The notes beneath the pieces are model-generated. The model was not told the DNA's origin, did not search any database, and worked only from the letters and a program-made list of their open reading frames with translations. A program made the translations under genes and the position numbers. Source: Paraspadella gotoi (lineage: Eukaryota > Animalia > Chaetognatha). From it: a DNA stretch of 64,000 nt. Below, piece after piece: positions 26,301 to 38,100 of the stretch. The stretch spans positions 21,643,875 to 21,707,874 of the forward strand of contig CM119266.1 of the NCBI GenBank assembly GCA_051294375.1, read 5' to 3'. Within the stretch, counting starts at the first letter, position 1; each line of letters begins with the position of its first letter.

Positions 26301-29300
26301 GTGCCGCTATGAAGAAAGAGAAAATTCAAGAGGCGGAGATTCGGAATTATTTCCCGGAAACCTGGTTGTGGAATCTGGAGCACGTCCCTCGTGAGGGAGT
26401 CGTTGTCATGCAGAAAAAGGTGAAGGCGATGATACTTGAATTTTGGTTTTATTGTATTACTTTTTTATTTTTGGGCTTTACTTGGTTAATAGTCCTCTTT
26501 CTTCTTCCCTTGAAAACTGTCAAAAAGATAACCTTCGGCTTCAACATTCAAAAATGTTCACATATTACAGGCCCCGCACACCATCACGGAGTGGAAGGCC
26601 CGGGCTGTCTGCGCCAGCGCGGACAAAGGCCTCGGCCTCTCAGAACCGACGTCTCTCCTGGTTTTCCAACCTTTCTTCGTCTCGGCCGCCCTTCCTTACT
26701 CGGTCATTCGCGAGGAGAAGGTCCCGCTCAAGATCACGGTCTTCAACTACCTGGATGAATGCCTCGCCATTCGTCTTCGGCTCATCAAGTATCGCTCGAC
26801 AATGAGAGTCGTTGGCCCTACGGACAAGAAGCTGTGTCTCTGCGGCCGCAATTCCACCACGTCGACCTTCGTCGTCGTCCCGCAAAAGCTCGACAAGATC
26901 AACATAACGGTGTCGGCGGAGGCGTTGACCGACGGAGCCGGCGTCTGCGCGCCCGACGAAGTCCTCGCTGAAGAGGCCAAGGGCGTGAGAGACGTGCTGA
27001 TCAAACCGCTGCTGGTGGAGCCGGAGGGCATCGAAGTGGAATCGACATACGGACGCTTCGTCTGCCTCAATCCCGAGGAAGAAGACTCATTCGTCGATCG
27101 AGTAAGAGAATGATTGCAGAGCTTGGCTTCCTTTCCCCTTTCCTTTCCCCTTTTGTATTTCGTTTTAAGTTTACATACCATTTTTTTGGTATTTTTCCTT
27201 TAATTTTTTTTGAACGTTTTTTCGATGAAAATCAAAACAGTTCAGCGTATATTTTTTGTTTCTTTGAATCTTTTTTTTTAATGATTTTCCGTCATTATTC
27301 CACCTGTTTAGGTGAAGCTAGACTTCAAGGCGACAGATTACGTCGACGAATCGGCACGCCTCAAGGTTACGGCCATTGGCGACGTGTTGGGACCGGCGCT
27401 CGACGGACTGGATGATTTGTTGAAGCTTCCCACCGGATGCGGAGAACAGAATATGGTTCGTGAGCGGTTTTGTTTTTTTTTGTTTTTGTTTTTGTTTTTA
27501 TTTCTTTGAAAAGTTATTGGGTTTTAAAAGTTTCTTTATTGTCCTTATTTCAGTTAAAATTCGCACCGAACATTTTCATTTTGGAATACCTTGAGGCGAC
27601 GAATCAGGACAACCAAGAAATCAAACAAAAGGCCATCGAATTTATGAAGGTTGGCTATCAAAGGGAATTAACTTACAGACACGACGACGGCTCCTACAGC
27701 GCCTTTGGAAACCGGGATAGCTCCGGTAATGAATTGATCTTGACCACCCTCTGTCCAATTTTTTGCAATTTATCCTGTATTACAAAACTATATATTACCA
27801 TAAACAGGATCATTGTGGCTTACCGCTTTTGTGGTGAAATGCTTTGGGCAAGCTCGAAAATTTATTGACATCGATCAAGAGGATTTGGACAAGAGCATTG
27901 GTTGGTTGAGAAGGAGTCAAAATACTTCCGGAGAATTTCCTTCGATCGGCCGAGTCATTCACAAATCAATGAAGGGGGGATTAGAGAAACAAGGATCAGG
28001 TGATAATGTCACGTCGATTTTGTCAGATTCTTACAAATTTAAGATGGAGAAAAAGAAATGAAATAGTCATCGTAATCATTCTGCTTTAGGCGTTCCTCTT
28101 ACTGCTTACACCATCGGAGCGTTGCTGGAAGGCGGGATCTCTCCCGATGATGAAGCGATCGTCAAAGGAATGGAATACTTGATGCGATCCAATCTGACGG
28201 AAGCAGATACCTACAGTCTCGTTTTAATCGCAAATACCCTGTCACTGATGGAACAAAAGGCAAATAAAAAGCTTACTAATGATTAATTAATATTTATATA
28301 TAAGATTTTTATATTCATATGTACATTTTACAGAGAATTTTGATTTCCATGACATTTTTACATGAAAAGGACAACCAAAGCCCGGCGACGCCCCAAGCCC
28401 GCCCTCAAGGCTTCACCCTCACCGACGTCCTCTCCGCACTCGACGCCCGCAAGAAGTCCTCCGGCGGAAGCGTCCACTGGTCCAACTCGGACGATGTCGA
28501 CGCTCCGTCGACATCCTCTGATATCGAGATGACCGCCTACGCCCTGATGACCTACACTCAAATCGAGAACATCGATCGATGCATCTCGATCGTCCGGTGG
28601 TTGACGGAGCAGCGGAATTCCCAGGGAGGATTCAGATCCACCCAGGACACAGTCGTCGGCCTTCAGAGTTTGGCCGGCATCTCGAAACAGCTCATTGGCA
28701 AAACTGGCTCCCTCACCGTCAAGTGGGACGGGTACAACGGTGCCAACGAGTTCCGCCTAAATCCGGTGAGTTAGGTTCAATACATTGACGCCTTTTTTTC
28801 CCTTTTTTTTTCATGAACGTTCCGAATATTTTTTTTTTTGCTAAAGCTTTTTTCTTGTAAATTGTTAATCTATATTTAACTTTCATATAAATTTGTTATC
28901 GCAGGAAAATCGATTACTGTTGCATCGCGCCTTCCGCGAATTCCCCACGGACCCGGACATGCAAGTTCTCAACGTTCAAGTTTCCGCCGAGACAGAGGGC
29001 TGCGCCATGATCCAGGCCAGTCTCAAGTACAACGTCAGAGAACAGATCAAGGAGCAAAAGGATTTGGGAGATAAAAGCTTCAAGGTCAGACACATGGTGT
29101 CGCAACAGAGAGACAAACCTGACCATTGCAAATGGCGAAAAATGGAAACCTGCGTCACGTACAGGTTAGAATCGCTTGCGTCTGTGAGGTTTAAAATTAA
29201 TTTAATTGTGAAAAACATTTATATTTCTTTCACAGCGGATCCAGTAATTCTGGAATGGTTATGGTCGAAGTTAAAATGGTTTCAGGTTTGTACTATATAT

Positions 29301-30095
29301 TGAAATTTTGAGAATCACGCGTTTTGCCCGGAAATGATATTCCTTTTTTTCCAAGGTTGGATTCCTGATAAATCCTCTTTGAAAGAAGCCACGAAAGCCA
29401 ATAGCGAAATAAGAAGGTACGTTAATCAAGATTTTGTTTATATTGTACATTGCACAGATCACAGTGCACTAGATTTATCTAAGAAATATTATTTAGGATA
29501 AGTTGCATCACTTGTTTTTTGTTTTTTTTTTAAGATTCGACGTAGATTCTCGAAAGGTTTCGTTTTATTTGGATAACCTTACTCCTCAAAACGAATTCTG
29601 TTTCGCTTATTCGGTGGAACAAGTGATAACGATAGGAGATCCGAAACAGGTAAGAAACGCAAGTTGTTAACGCATTAGATTTAACGCTTAATATTATTAG
29701 TACAATGAATCCATATCCTGTTGGAAATAGATTTAGTTCTCCGAAAATCTAATCTTGCTTTCTCTTTGGCTACCAACAGGGCTTGATTAAAGTCTTCGAT
29801 TACTACGAGCCAACAATCGCCGTTGACACCAAATACAACATCAAACAGACCTGCGGAACCAAAGAAGAAATTCCCTTTAACCAGCCGCCGGAAGAGCCTG
29901 GTAATTTTTTTAGTTGATTGGTTCAATGATTGATGTATTCATTATTTATAGATTTTGTGTTGATTCATTTGATTCATTTATTAACTTAGTTCGTCTATTT
30001 GTTTTTTTTTATTTATTCAATTATTGATTCTTTTTTTTTCAACTTATATTTATTCAGGTCGTCCAGATTTCTCTCAAAGAAGGTTGGAGGACTAG
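23329..30095 (+). CDS. Thioester-containing protein, alpha-2-macroglobulin/CD109/TEP family
   Basis: Signal peptide [13 protein letters not shown]; [18 protein letters not shown]; EYVPPKFEV; [11 protein letters not shown]; [16 protein letters not shown]; thioester [10 protein letters not shown] (about 27425-27455); [12 protein letters not shown]; WLTAFV; [11 protein letters not shown]; KVFDYYEP. The final exon frame gives a stop at 30093-30095. Confidence 0.93.
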
Positions 30096-33000
30096 TTGCC
30101 AGAATCGGAAGAATCTTAGCTTTTGCGTCGGCATGCTCGGTAATTTTTTTTACATACTTCTTCCATTGACAATGTAATTTTGACGCCAATTTGTAAATAT
30201 TTTTTAGTATGTTTCGTTTAGGACCTCCGCTGACTTCACTTGTCACGACCAGTCTCCTGATCGATTAAAAGGAATTCAAATTGTCAAGTTTTTTATTTAC
30301 AAAATGTACAATTTTTTATATCAATACTTGTTAATTTTTCTCGTAAAAATGTTCATTATAAATATTATTTTACCTGGAATTCTTAAAAATATTTCAATTA
30401 GCGTATGATAAACTACTTTTATACGCTTTTCTAATCTTTCGGATGATGTTAAATGACGTCTTTCTTAAACCGCATCTTTTTTTGCACTGTTATAGGTTTT
30501 TATCGCTTTTGTTGTTAAACGTTGTTGAAACTTTATGCTTAATAAAATAGTTGAGCACAAACTTCTTTCTCTGTGATCCGTTTTTCATGCGTTCTTTAGA
30601 AATACAATAGTTAAAAATATTATAAAACTTATCGCGATCAATGTGTCTGCTATACTTGTGGGGAATATAGCCTATCGCTATTTTACTTTTATCTTGTAAA
30701 AAACATGGTGGCCTTAACTACAAAAAATAGGTGAGAATATAGCTTTGAACATTAAAGGGGGAGTTTCAGAAATTTAGAGAAGCTTTATTCACTTTCTAAA
30801 AATTTAGTAAAATGTTATTTGTTCCAGTTCAAATTCTAGTACTATTTGTTTAGTATTTATTGATTTTTTCGAATCGCCCTGACACCTTGCGATGAAAAGT
30901 AAAAGCCTTTGAAACAAAAGGTCGGCTATTCGGCAGAATTTGTGGGTTAACTGATTTGGCGCCTGTATTCTTCGGTGTAGAATGAAGCATTAAGTGGGAC
31001 TCTCTCTGTAAATCCTCCAAATACTGGGATTTCTCGGTGCTTGTTCTAGCAATTTGCCTGTTCTTCGACTGGAAGTTCCAGTTCTCTATTCCAAAGGTAG
31101 GCAGAAGTTGGGATTTTTTATTTCAATTTTTAACCAAAAAGAAAATCTGTTGCTTCCCTCTCTCAAATGGTTGGTGCATTCCCCTTCGGACTTTTTACTC
31201 TTCGCCATCGGTTGGTTCTGATTCCTTCTTTCGCTCTGTGGCTCGGCCACAAGTCTATCTCTCCGCCTCACTCTACTTCTCTCTTTCTCTCTCTCTCTTT
31301 TCCCTCTCTAGATGTTTTCATGCCGCAGGCTGAAAACGGGATTTTCTTTCCGCCAGCCAAATTCGTTTTTTCTGCCTCTGACACGATTCTTCAATATAGA
31401 AAAAAATAACTTTTTTTTTTCACTCGAATGTTTTACTTTCCTATACAAAACACGCCGTGACGACTCTCCCTTTTTTTCCCTCCCTCGCAGAGAAAGCGTG
31501 TACAAGGAGTGAATCTATTAAAGAGCCAAATTAGCTGCATCTTTCTTCGGCGCTCCGGGTCAAGGTCGCCGTAGCTGTCGTTAACAAAGATTGGGGGGGC
31601 GCTCTCGCGCGCGAAGGCAAAGCTGACTCGCGCTGCGACGGCGCGCGCGTTGTTTCTTGGTCCTCAGAGTCGGTCCATGCGCCGCCGCCGACTATGATGC
31701 CTTTCAACGCATCGCTCCTTCTGCTTTGGCTTTACGCGTTGGATGAAAGTGGGTGCGAACGTTTGGATAATCTCGGTTATCACTCATCGCCCTTTCTTTC
31801 TTTCTCTCCGTTTTTATTTTACAATCTCGATCGCTTACTCTCTAAATCTCAAAATTATGAGATTTAAAAACACGAGCTGGCCCTCCTTAATTGTCTACTA
31901 CTAATTTTTTCATCGTTAAAAATTTGATTTAAAGAAGTTAACAACTAGCATTTAATGAAATTGTCCTTGTTGATGGGAACTTATTTTTTAATTCTTAACG
32001 AGACGTCCGATGATATAATTAGACGAATAATAAGGGTGGGAAGGAATCCAAAGTTTTTCCCAAAAAATCTTTAATTGCTCTCCAAAGCTGGATGAAGATC
32101 TAAAATCGTAAAATCACATCAAGTGTTAGACGATTTCATTTTTTTTTTTTTTTCGTAGCCGCTCTTAAAAATCCAAACACGCTTCGTTCCCTCCTTTTAT
32201 CATCCCTTTTTTCTTCTTCGTATAATGATGAGTTTGAAAAGATTTCGTAATCAATCGTGAAAACTAACAGAGAAGAAAGAACTCTTCGAAACGTCGTGTC
32301 TCTGTTTAATCTTTTCTCTCTTCGGGGCGTTGCAATTTCAATATAGCCGATTGGATGACTCTTCTCTTCAGTCTTCAGTCAGTCCTAAGCCGCTAACCCA
32401 TTTACCCAATTCAATTTATTTTCCCTTCGAGCTGGCAGATTGACCGAGACCACTGACCCTTGCTCCGTTCGCTCATACAATCCACGGTGAAATCCTCGCT
32501 GAGCCTCTATTCGTAACTTTGGAATCCATTCTTACTGGTTTTGACTAAAGTAAATAGTTTGAATATGATGTAGTATTTGTTCATGGCTTACATAAAAAGT
32601 ATGTACTGAAATAGTATGTACTTAAATATATATAATATATTGTACTGTTAGTACCTCATAATTAAATGCTATTGGTCATCGATGGAAACAAACTGTGTAT
32701 GTAAATAGTTACTTAATTTACCGTTAATTTTAGATTTTAACTCAAAACTGTTTTCTACAGTTGTTTTCAGTGGGGCACAAACCCAAACCTCGAATTACTT
32801 GAAAACTTGAATTCTGTAATAGTTTGTGTAGCTCTGTTAATTAATATTTATTTCTTTTAAAGGTAAGATGCTGCTACGTTCTGGGGACCTCCTTTCACTG
32901 CCAGATCGAACTTTAAAACGTCAACAACAAAAATCCAAAAATAAGTTTAACCTAAAAACACATCAAATTTAATTAATACACTGATTAACACTCGCAAAAA

Positions 33001-33205
33001 AAAAACCGCCTTAAGCATGAAAAACGGCAAAAAAAACCGATTCTTCTCAAACTGCTAATCGTCTCTCTGACGGGTCAATTCTTTAATCGTAAAATTTCTG
33101 TGATCATTGGCTTCAAAATGAACACTGGCCTTTTCATCCCCGATTCGACCACCAGTCTTCCAAATTAATTTCTAAAAAATTGACGCTTGTACTCATACTC
33201 ATAAA

Positions 33206-35161
33206 ATGGATGCTATCAAATTCTCGACGTTAGACCGAGATTGTGCTTCCTTAGGAGGATTATTCCAGTCAATCATCAACGATTTAAAAGTGAGTAAATA
33301 GGGGTTTTTGATTCATTGTTTTATCTCGTAGATATGGGAAGTTTTTTCATTACATCATCACAACTTATTGACTTTTGCCAACCCTCGACGCCATTATTGT
33401 TTTGAGCCTTTGGAGTTTTAAATAAACAATTGCGAAGGAGAGAAATTTTCATATATTGACATTGGACCTAAAACTGTCATTAATTGCCGTAATGGGTATT
33501 TCTCATTGATTGATTTTTAACTAAAAGTGATTATTAGAAATACTACCTTAGTTTGACTTCCTTTTTTACCACAGTCTACAGTTTAAAGCATGTCTTGCTA
33601 CGTGTATATTTTTTGGTTTCAAATATCTGTTTTATTATTTGTTACGCAAGAAAATGAACAATTTACTAGCCTTATCAGGGCTTATTTATCTTATGGTCCA
33701 AACTGCAACAATGAATTGGAACCAATTGACCTAAATCATCCTCAAAATGTATTATTTATTTTGAAACGACATTATGGACCTTTTCGCTGTTGCTTTAACG
33801 ATGTCCTTGATTTAAATATTAAAACTAACTGCTCTTGGTTCAGTAATACAGGGTTTGTATTTTAATCTGGTGGTAAATTTTTCATGAAATTCATATTGAT
33901 AAAAATATTTCTTATTTAATGCCGCTTAGGAGCAAGTAAACCCTCGCTTATAAATTTACAAAAAAATTAAAGTAATAAGGTTTAAAAACTTACAGCCAGA
34001 TTAAAAATTTATGTACTATGCAGAAAAAACATAAAAGGAGATTTAATGTTTAAAATGCTGAATATGCATGATAAAGGAGAATACAAATGTTTATGCAAAT
34101 TTACTTATGATGGAAAAAGCAGCAAGAGTGTAGTTAGTTTTTCTATAAATGAAATATTGAGCGATCCTCATGACCTCTCGATTCAGGTTCGTTAATAAGG
34201 TCTTTCCGTAATCTACAATTATAAATAAATTTAATATATATTCATATAATAAATTTTAAAATATTCTTGCCCTTATAGCTTTAATATATTTGTTTTTTAT
34301 TTGTTACAGAGAAAACTTGATTGGCAATCAAGTAATGAAAACGCTAAGACCTATACCTTTTTTTGCATTGGTTCTTGCTTTCCAATGTGCTCATTTGTAT
34401 GGTCCTGGAACCGATCCGTTGCAAATTCTGAATTAAGTAAATTCGGGAGTGCTATTAGAGGATCATGGAGTTTCGCTTTTGAGTCCAATTTGACTTGCAT
34501 TGCTAACAATTCTGTTTCCCAAAAAAGCATTTCTTTACACTACATTTCTCATACACAAAGAAAGATTTCGAATTTTCATGGAGAAAATCGAGGAAATCTG
34601 GACAATTCCTCTCAAAATAAGCATACAGTAAATATTTATTCTGTCGATCGTAAAGGCATGCAAATCGTATTGATGGTTGTCTTGGCCTACGTTTTCTTGA
34701 TTTCTTCAATCAAGCTAATGGTTAATTATGAGGAGGCAAAACTATTTTTCAGGGTAAATATTTTTCGCTACAGTGTGTCCCAATGTTCCTGTCGGTTAAC
34801 TTTTACATATTGTGCGGAACTGTATTTTTAAATCTTATATCTGATATAACAATGTCAAAGATAAGTTCTTACCATTTATGATACTATATTTCGAATTCAA
34901 TTTTTATCATTTTTTTTGCAAAACATTCAATTGAAATGAGTCCAAGTTTTTTACTTTTTTAATTTTTAAATTATGTTTTACGTTTTACTATTTTCTATTT
35001 TTATATTTTATATTTTAAAATGAATTATATTAAAAAAATTTAAACAAAGTTTGAAAATAATTTCATCAACGATTTTATTTGTGTACGGACATGTTTCGAC
35101 TCTTTATTTTCGAGTCTTCATCAGCGTTAATGAAGCATCTACAAATTTGTGCAAAAGAAGG

Positions 35162-35192
<31 letters not shown>

Positions 35193-38100
35193 GGCAAAAA
35201 GTTTCCAACACAGAGATAGTGGTTAAAGAATGAGTACAGTTTGAGGACAGATCAGTTGTGAAAAGAAGTGAAATGGTCAACGAAGCTGAATGGATTTATA
35301 AATATTTTAAATTAATATTAATTATTTAAATTTTAATTTCGTATACAATAAGTGCATAAATAAAAATGCATATATTAAAAAAAAAAAAAATTATTAAAAA
35401 TATGCTAATTATTTTGATTTATAAATTCTATTTAAAGTTTTGAGCGATTGAATCATTAAGCTAAAATAAAATGGTTGCTATTTAATAAATTTAGTAATAA
35501 TTCAGTAAATTATTATTAAATCAATTAAAAAAGTAATATGAACAAGGTAAGTAGAAAATTTTAAAAAGAATGAATATTGCATTATAAAGCTCTGTAGCTA
35601 ACAATTTAAGGTTGTTTCTTATTGTCCTGCATCTTAGGAAACGATTAAAAGATTATTAAATATTATAAAAACTAAGTTAAATATTAAAAATTATATAATT
35701 TGATAAATTCTTTTAAAAAAATCATGAAAAAAAAATTTACCAATTACTTTACGAAATTGGTACAACAATATAAAAATTATCCATTCATTTAATAAATAAG
35801 CTATCTTGTCCTGACTTTGGACAAATGTAATAACTACAGGGTTTGCTTTTTTCAATTTTTAAAATATAGGTATCCTATGAAATGGTCTATACTTGTGCAT
35901 TTATTCGTGATAATAAATTCAAGTTTTTCGATCTGGTATAAGAGTAGTAAGCTTTTATTAACCGACAGTAGCATTGGGATACACTGTAGTTCTTAAGCAA
36001 GGAATATAATTTCGAAATAAATGCTTTGATGTCGCTTTCAACTTAATATCCTATTCTTGAAGGAAGATAAATTTATTAACATGTGCAAAGTCATTTGAGG
36101 AGCAATCGTGATTTTTTTTTTAATATTATACTTTAAGAAATCGAAGTGTTTCATTGAAATTGTAATCCTTGTAATATCAGAAAACTCAGTTATCCTTTAA
36201 GTTGCATTCATTCTTTCCCAAAGGTTGTACGCGTTTCGACTCACATCGGTCGACGGAAAAAGAAATGAAATGTTTAAAAAATTTAATACCGTAAAGATTT
36301 TATTAAAAGCGTTGCAAATTAAATTTAAAAATGTTTTATAATGCTGGAGATCTTTAGGCTATCCATTATCCAATTGTTTTCTTTATATGCAAAAAAGAAA
36401 GTATAAGCTGTGTAGTTAACGTTATTCAGTTATTATAACAAGCCCTGTGGGATAAATAAGACGAGCAATTTTTAAAATTAGTTTAAGGAATTCCTGTAAC
36501 TGAAGGTAATAAAGATCATCTCTGCTTTGTTTAACAATTTGTCCTAATATTTTACATTCTTAAGTTTTCAATATTTTTTTTTCATTTTAGGGAAGTCCTC
36601 CTATTTGGGAAGATTTTATTTCAAAAGCGACCAAGCTCCATCATCAACTCAAGTTAGTATAATCAAGAACATTGAACAATCTCATTTTCACTTTTAAAAC
36701 ATTGACGAATTTTAACTAAATCTTTATAGGGCAACAATTTCGGCTACCAGTGCTTTCTTGGATTGTTTCCAAAAAGTGGCTGATATAGCTACAGCATCGA
36801 AAGGTATCCTTTATTTGCTGACTTTATTGAATTTTATCACTTATGACACGATGAAAGTTAGCGTGGCGTAGTGTATGCAGCCATAAAAATTATCGGTGAT
36901 TGAAATCGTTCTCTGAATAGGTTATATGAAACATGGTTTTCTTCATATATGAAAAAATAAATTAATACAAAATAATACTTGGTAGTTAGGATATGACTAA
37001 ATATAAATTAATTAAAAATAATTAATATATAATTTTTTTTTATAATAGTACAACTCTATAAACCATTTATCCATTTATCAGTCCACCCTTCATATCTTGT
37101 TGGTAAATTACTTGGTTCATCTTAGAATACTGAATTATAAAAAATTATCCAAAAAAAATGAATCCTTCTTTTCCATACATCTATTTGTTCGTCCATTTAA
37201 CTATAACCTATCATTATGAAATTGGTACAACCAATATAAAAATAATATTTTTGAGTGAATTGATGGATTGATCTGAAATTTTGTGTGTGGCCAGAAAAAA
37301 GGTTGATTGAGCTTAATCTCAAGTTTGGACAAAATCATTTTGGTAAAAATTGATTAAAATAAAAAATAATTTATTATTTTAATTTATTTATTTTTAATTT
37401 ATTATTAACTGTTTATTTTTTTATTTAAAAAAATACAAATATATAACAACAATAATAATAATAATAATTATAAACATATCAACAACAACGACTCTTTCTC
37501 ATTCTTTATTCCACTTCATTTATTTAACTTTCATTCTTTACTTACCTTTTCTCTATGTTCCATACTTTTTATACTTTTACAATTCCAATTTATCTCCTTT
37601 ATCTTTATACATTCATTTAAACTTTGTTTTATTCATAAAAGTATAAAAATTAACTTCAATATAAATATTAAATATTTTTTTATAAACAGGAAAAAAATAA
37701 ATTAACCTAGGCTCATTAAAAATTTTATTTCTATTCTAAAATAAAAGATAAAAAAAATCGAATTGTAACAAAATCAAATAGTTACAAGCTGATTTTTTTA
37801 AAAAATGTAAAATTTGTACCCTATTTCCAGATCTAAAATTTTCAATGGTTCAAATCTTTTTTCCCCAAATGATTTTTTCCATTTTTCTTTTAAATAAAAA
37901 TGTTTTTGGTACAGAAGTTAGTCTGAACTGTTTCAAAATATACATACATGATTGCAATAACATGATTTAACTCAAAATGTCACTTTTATTCTTTGCCTCA
38001 ACACAGGAGGAACACAGTAAAAAAAGTCAAATATTGGCTATATGGTTTAATCAAGAAGTATAAAATTTGTGTAATATCTTGAATTGAATTATTCTTGAAC

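Noticed and set aside
25463-26383. 306-aa minus-strand ORF
   Set aside because: Antisense shadow of the GC-rich large A2M exon, with no recognisable motifs.
34301-34831. 176-aa ORF in MTSS1 intron 1
   Set aside because: TTG start, AT-rich composition, no splice or motif support.
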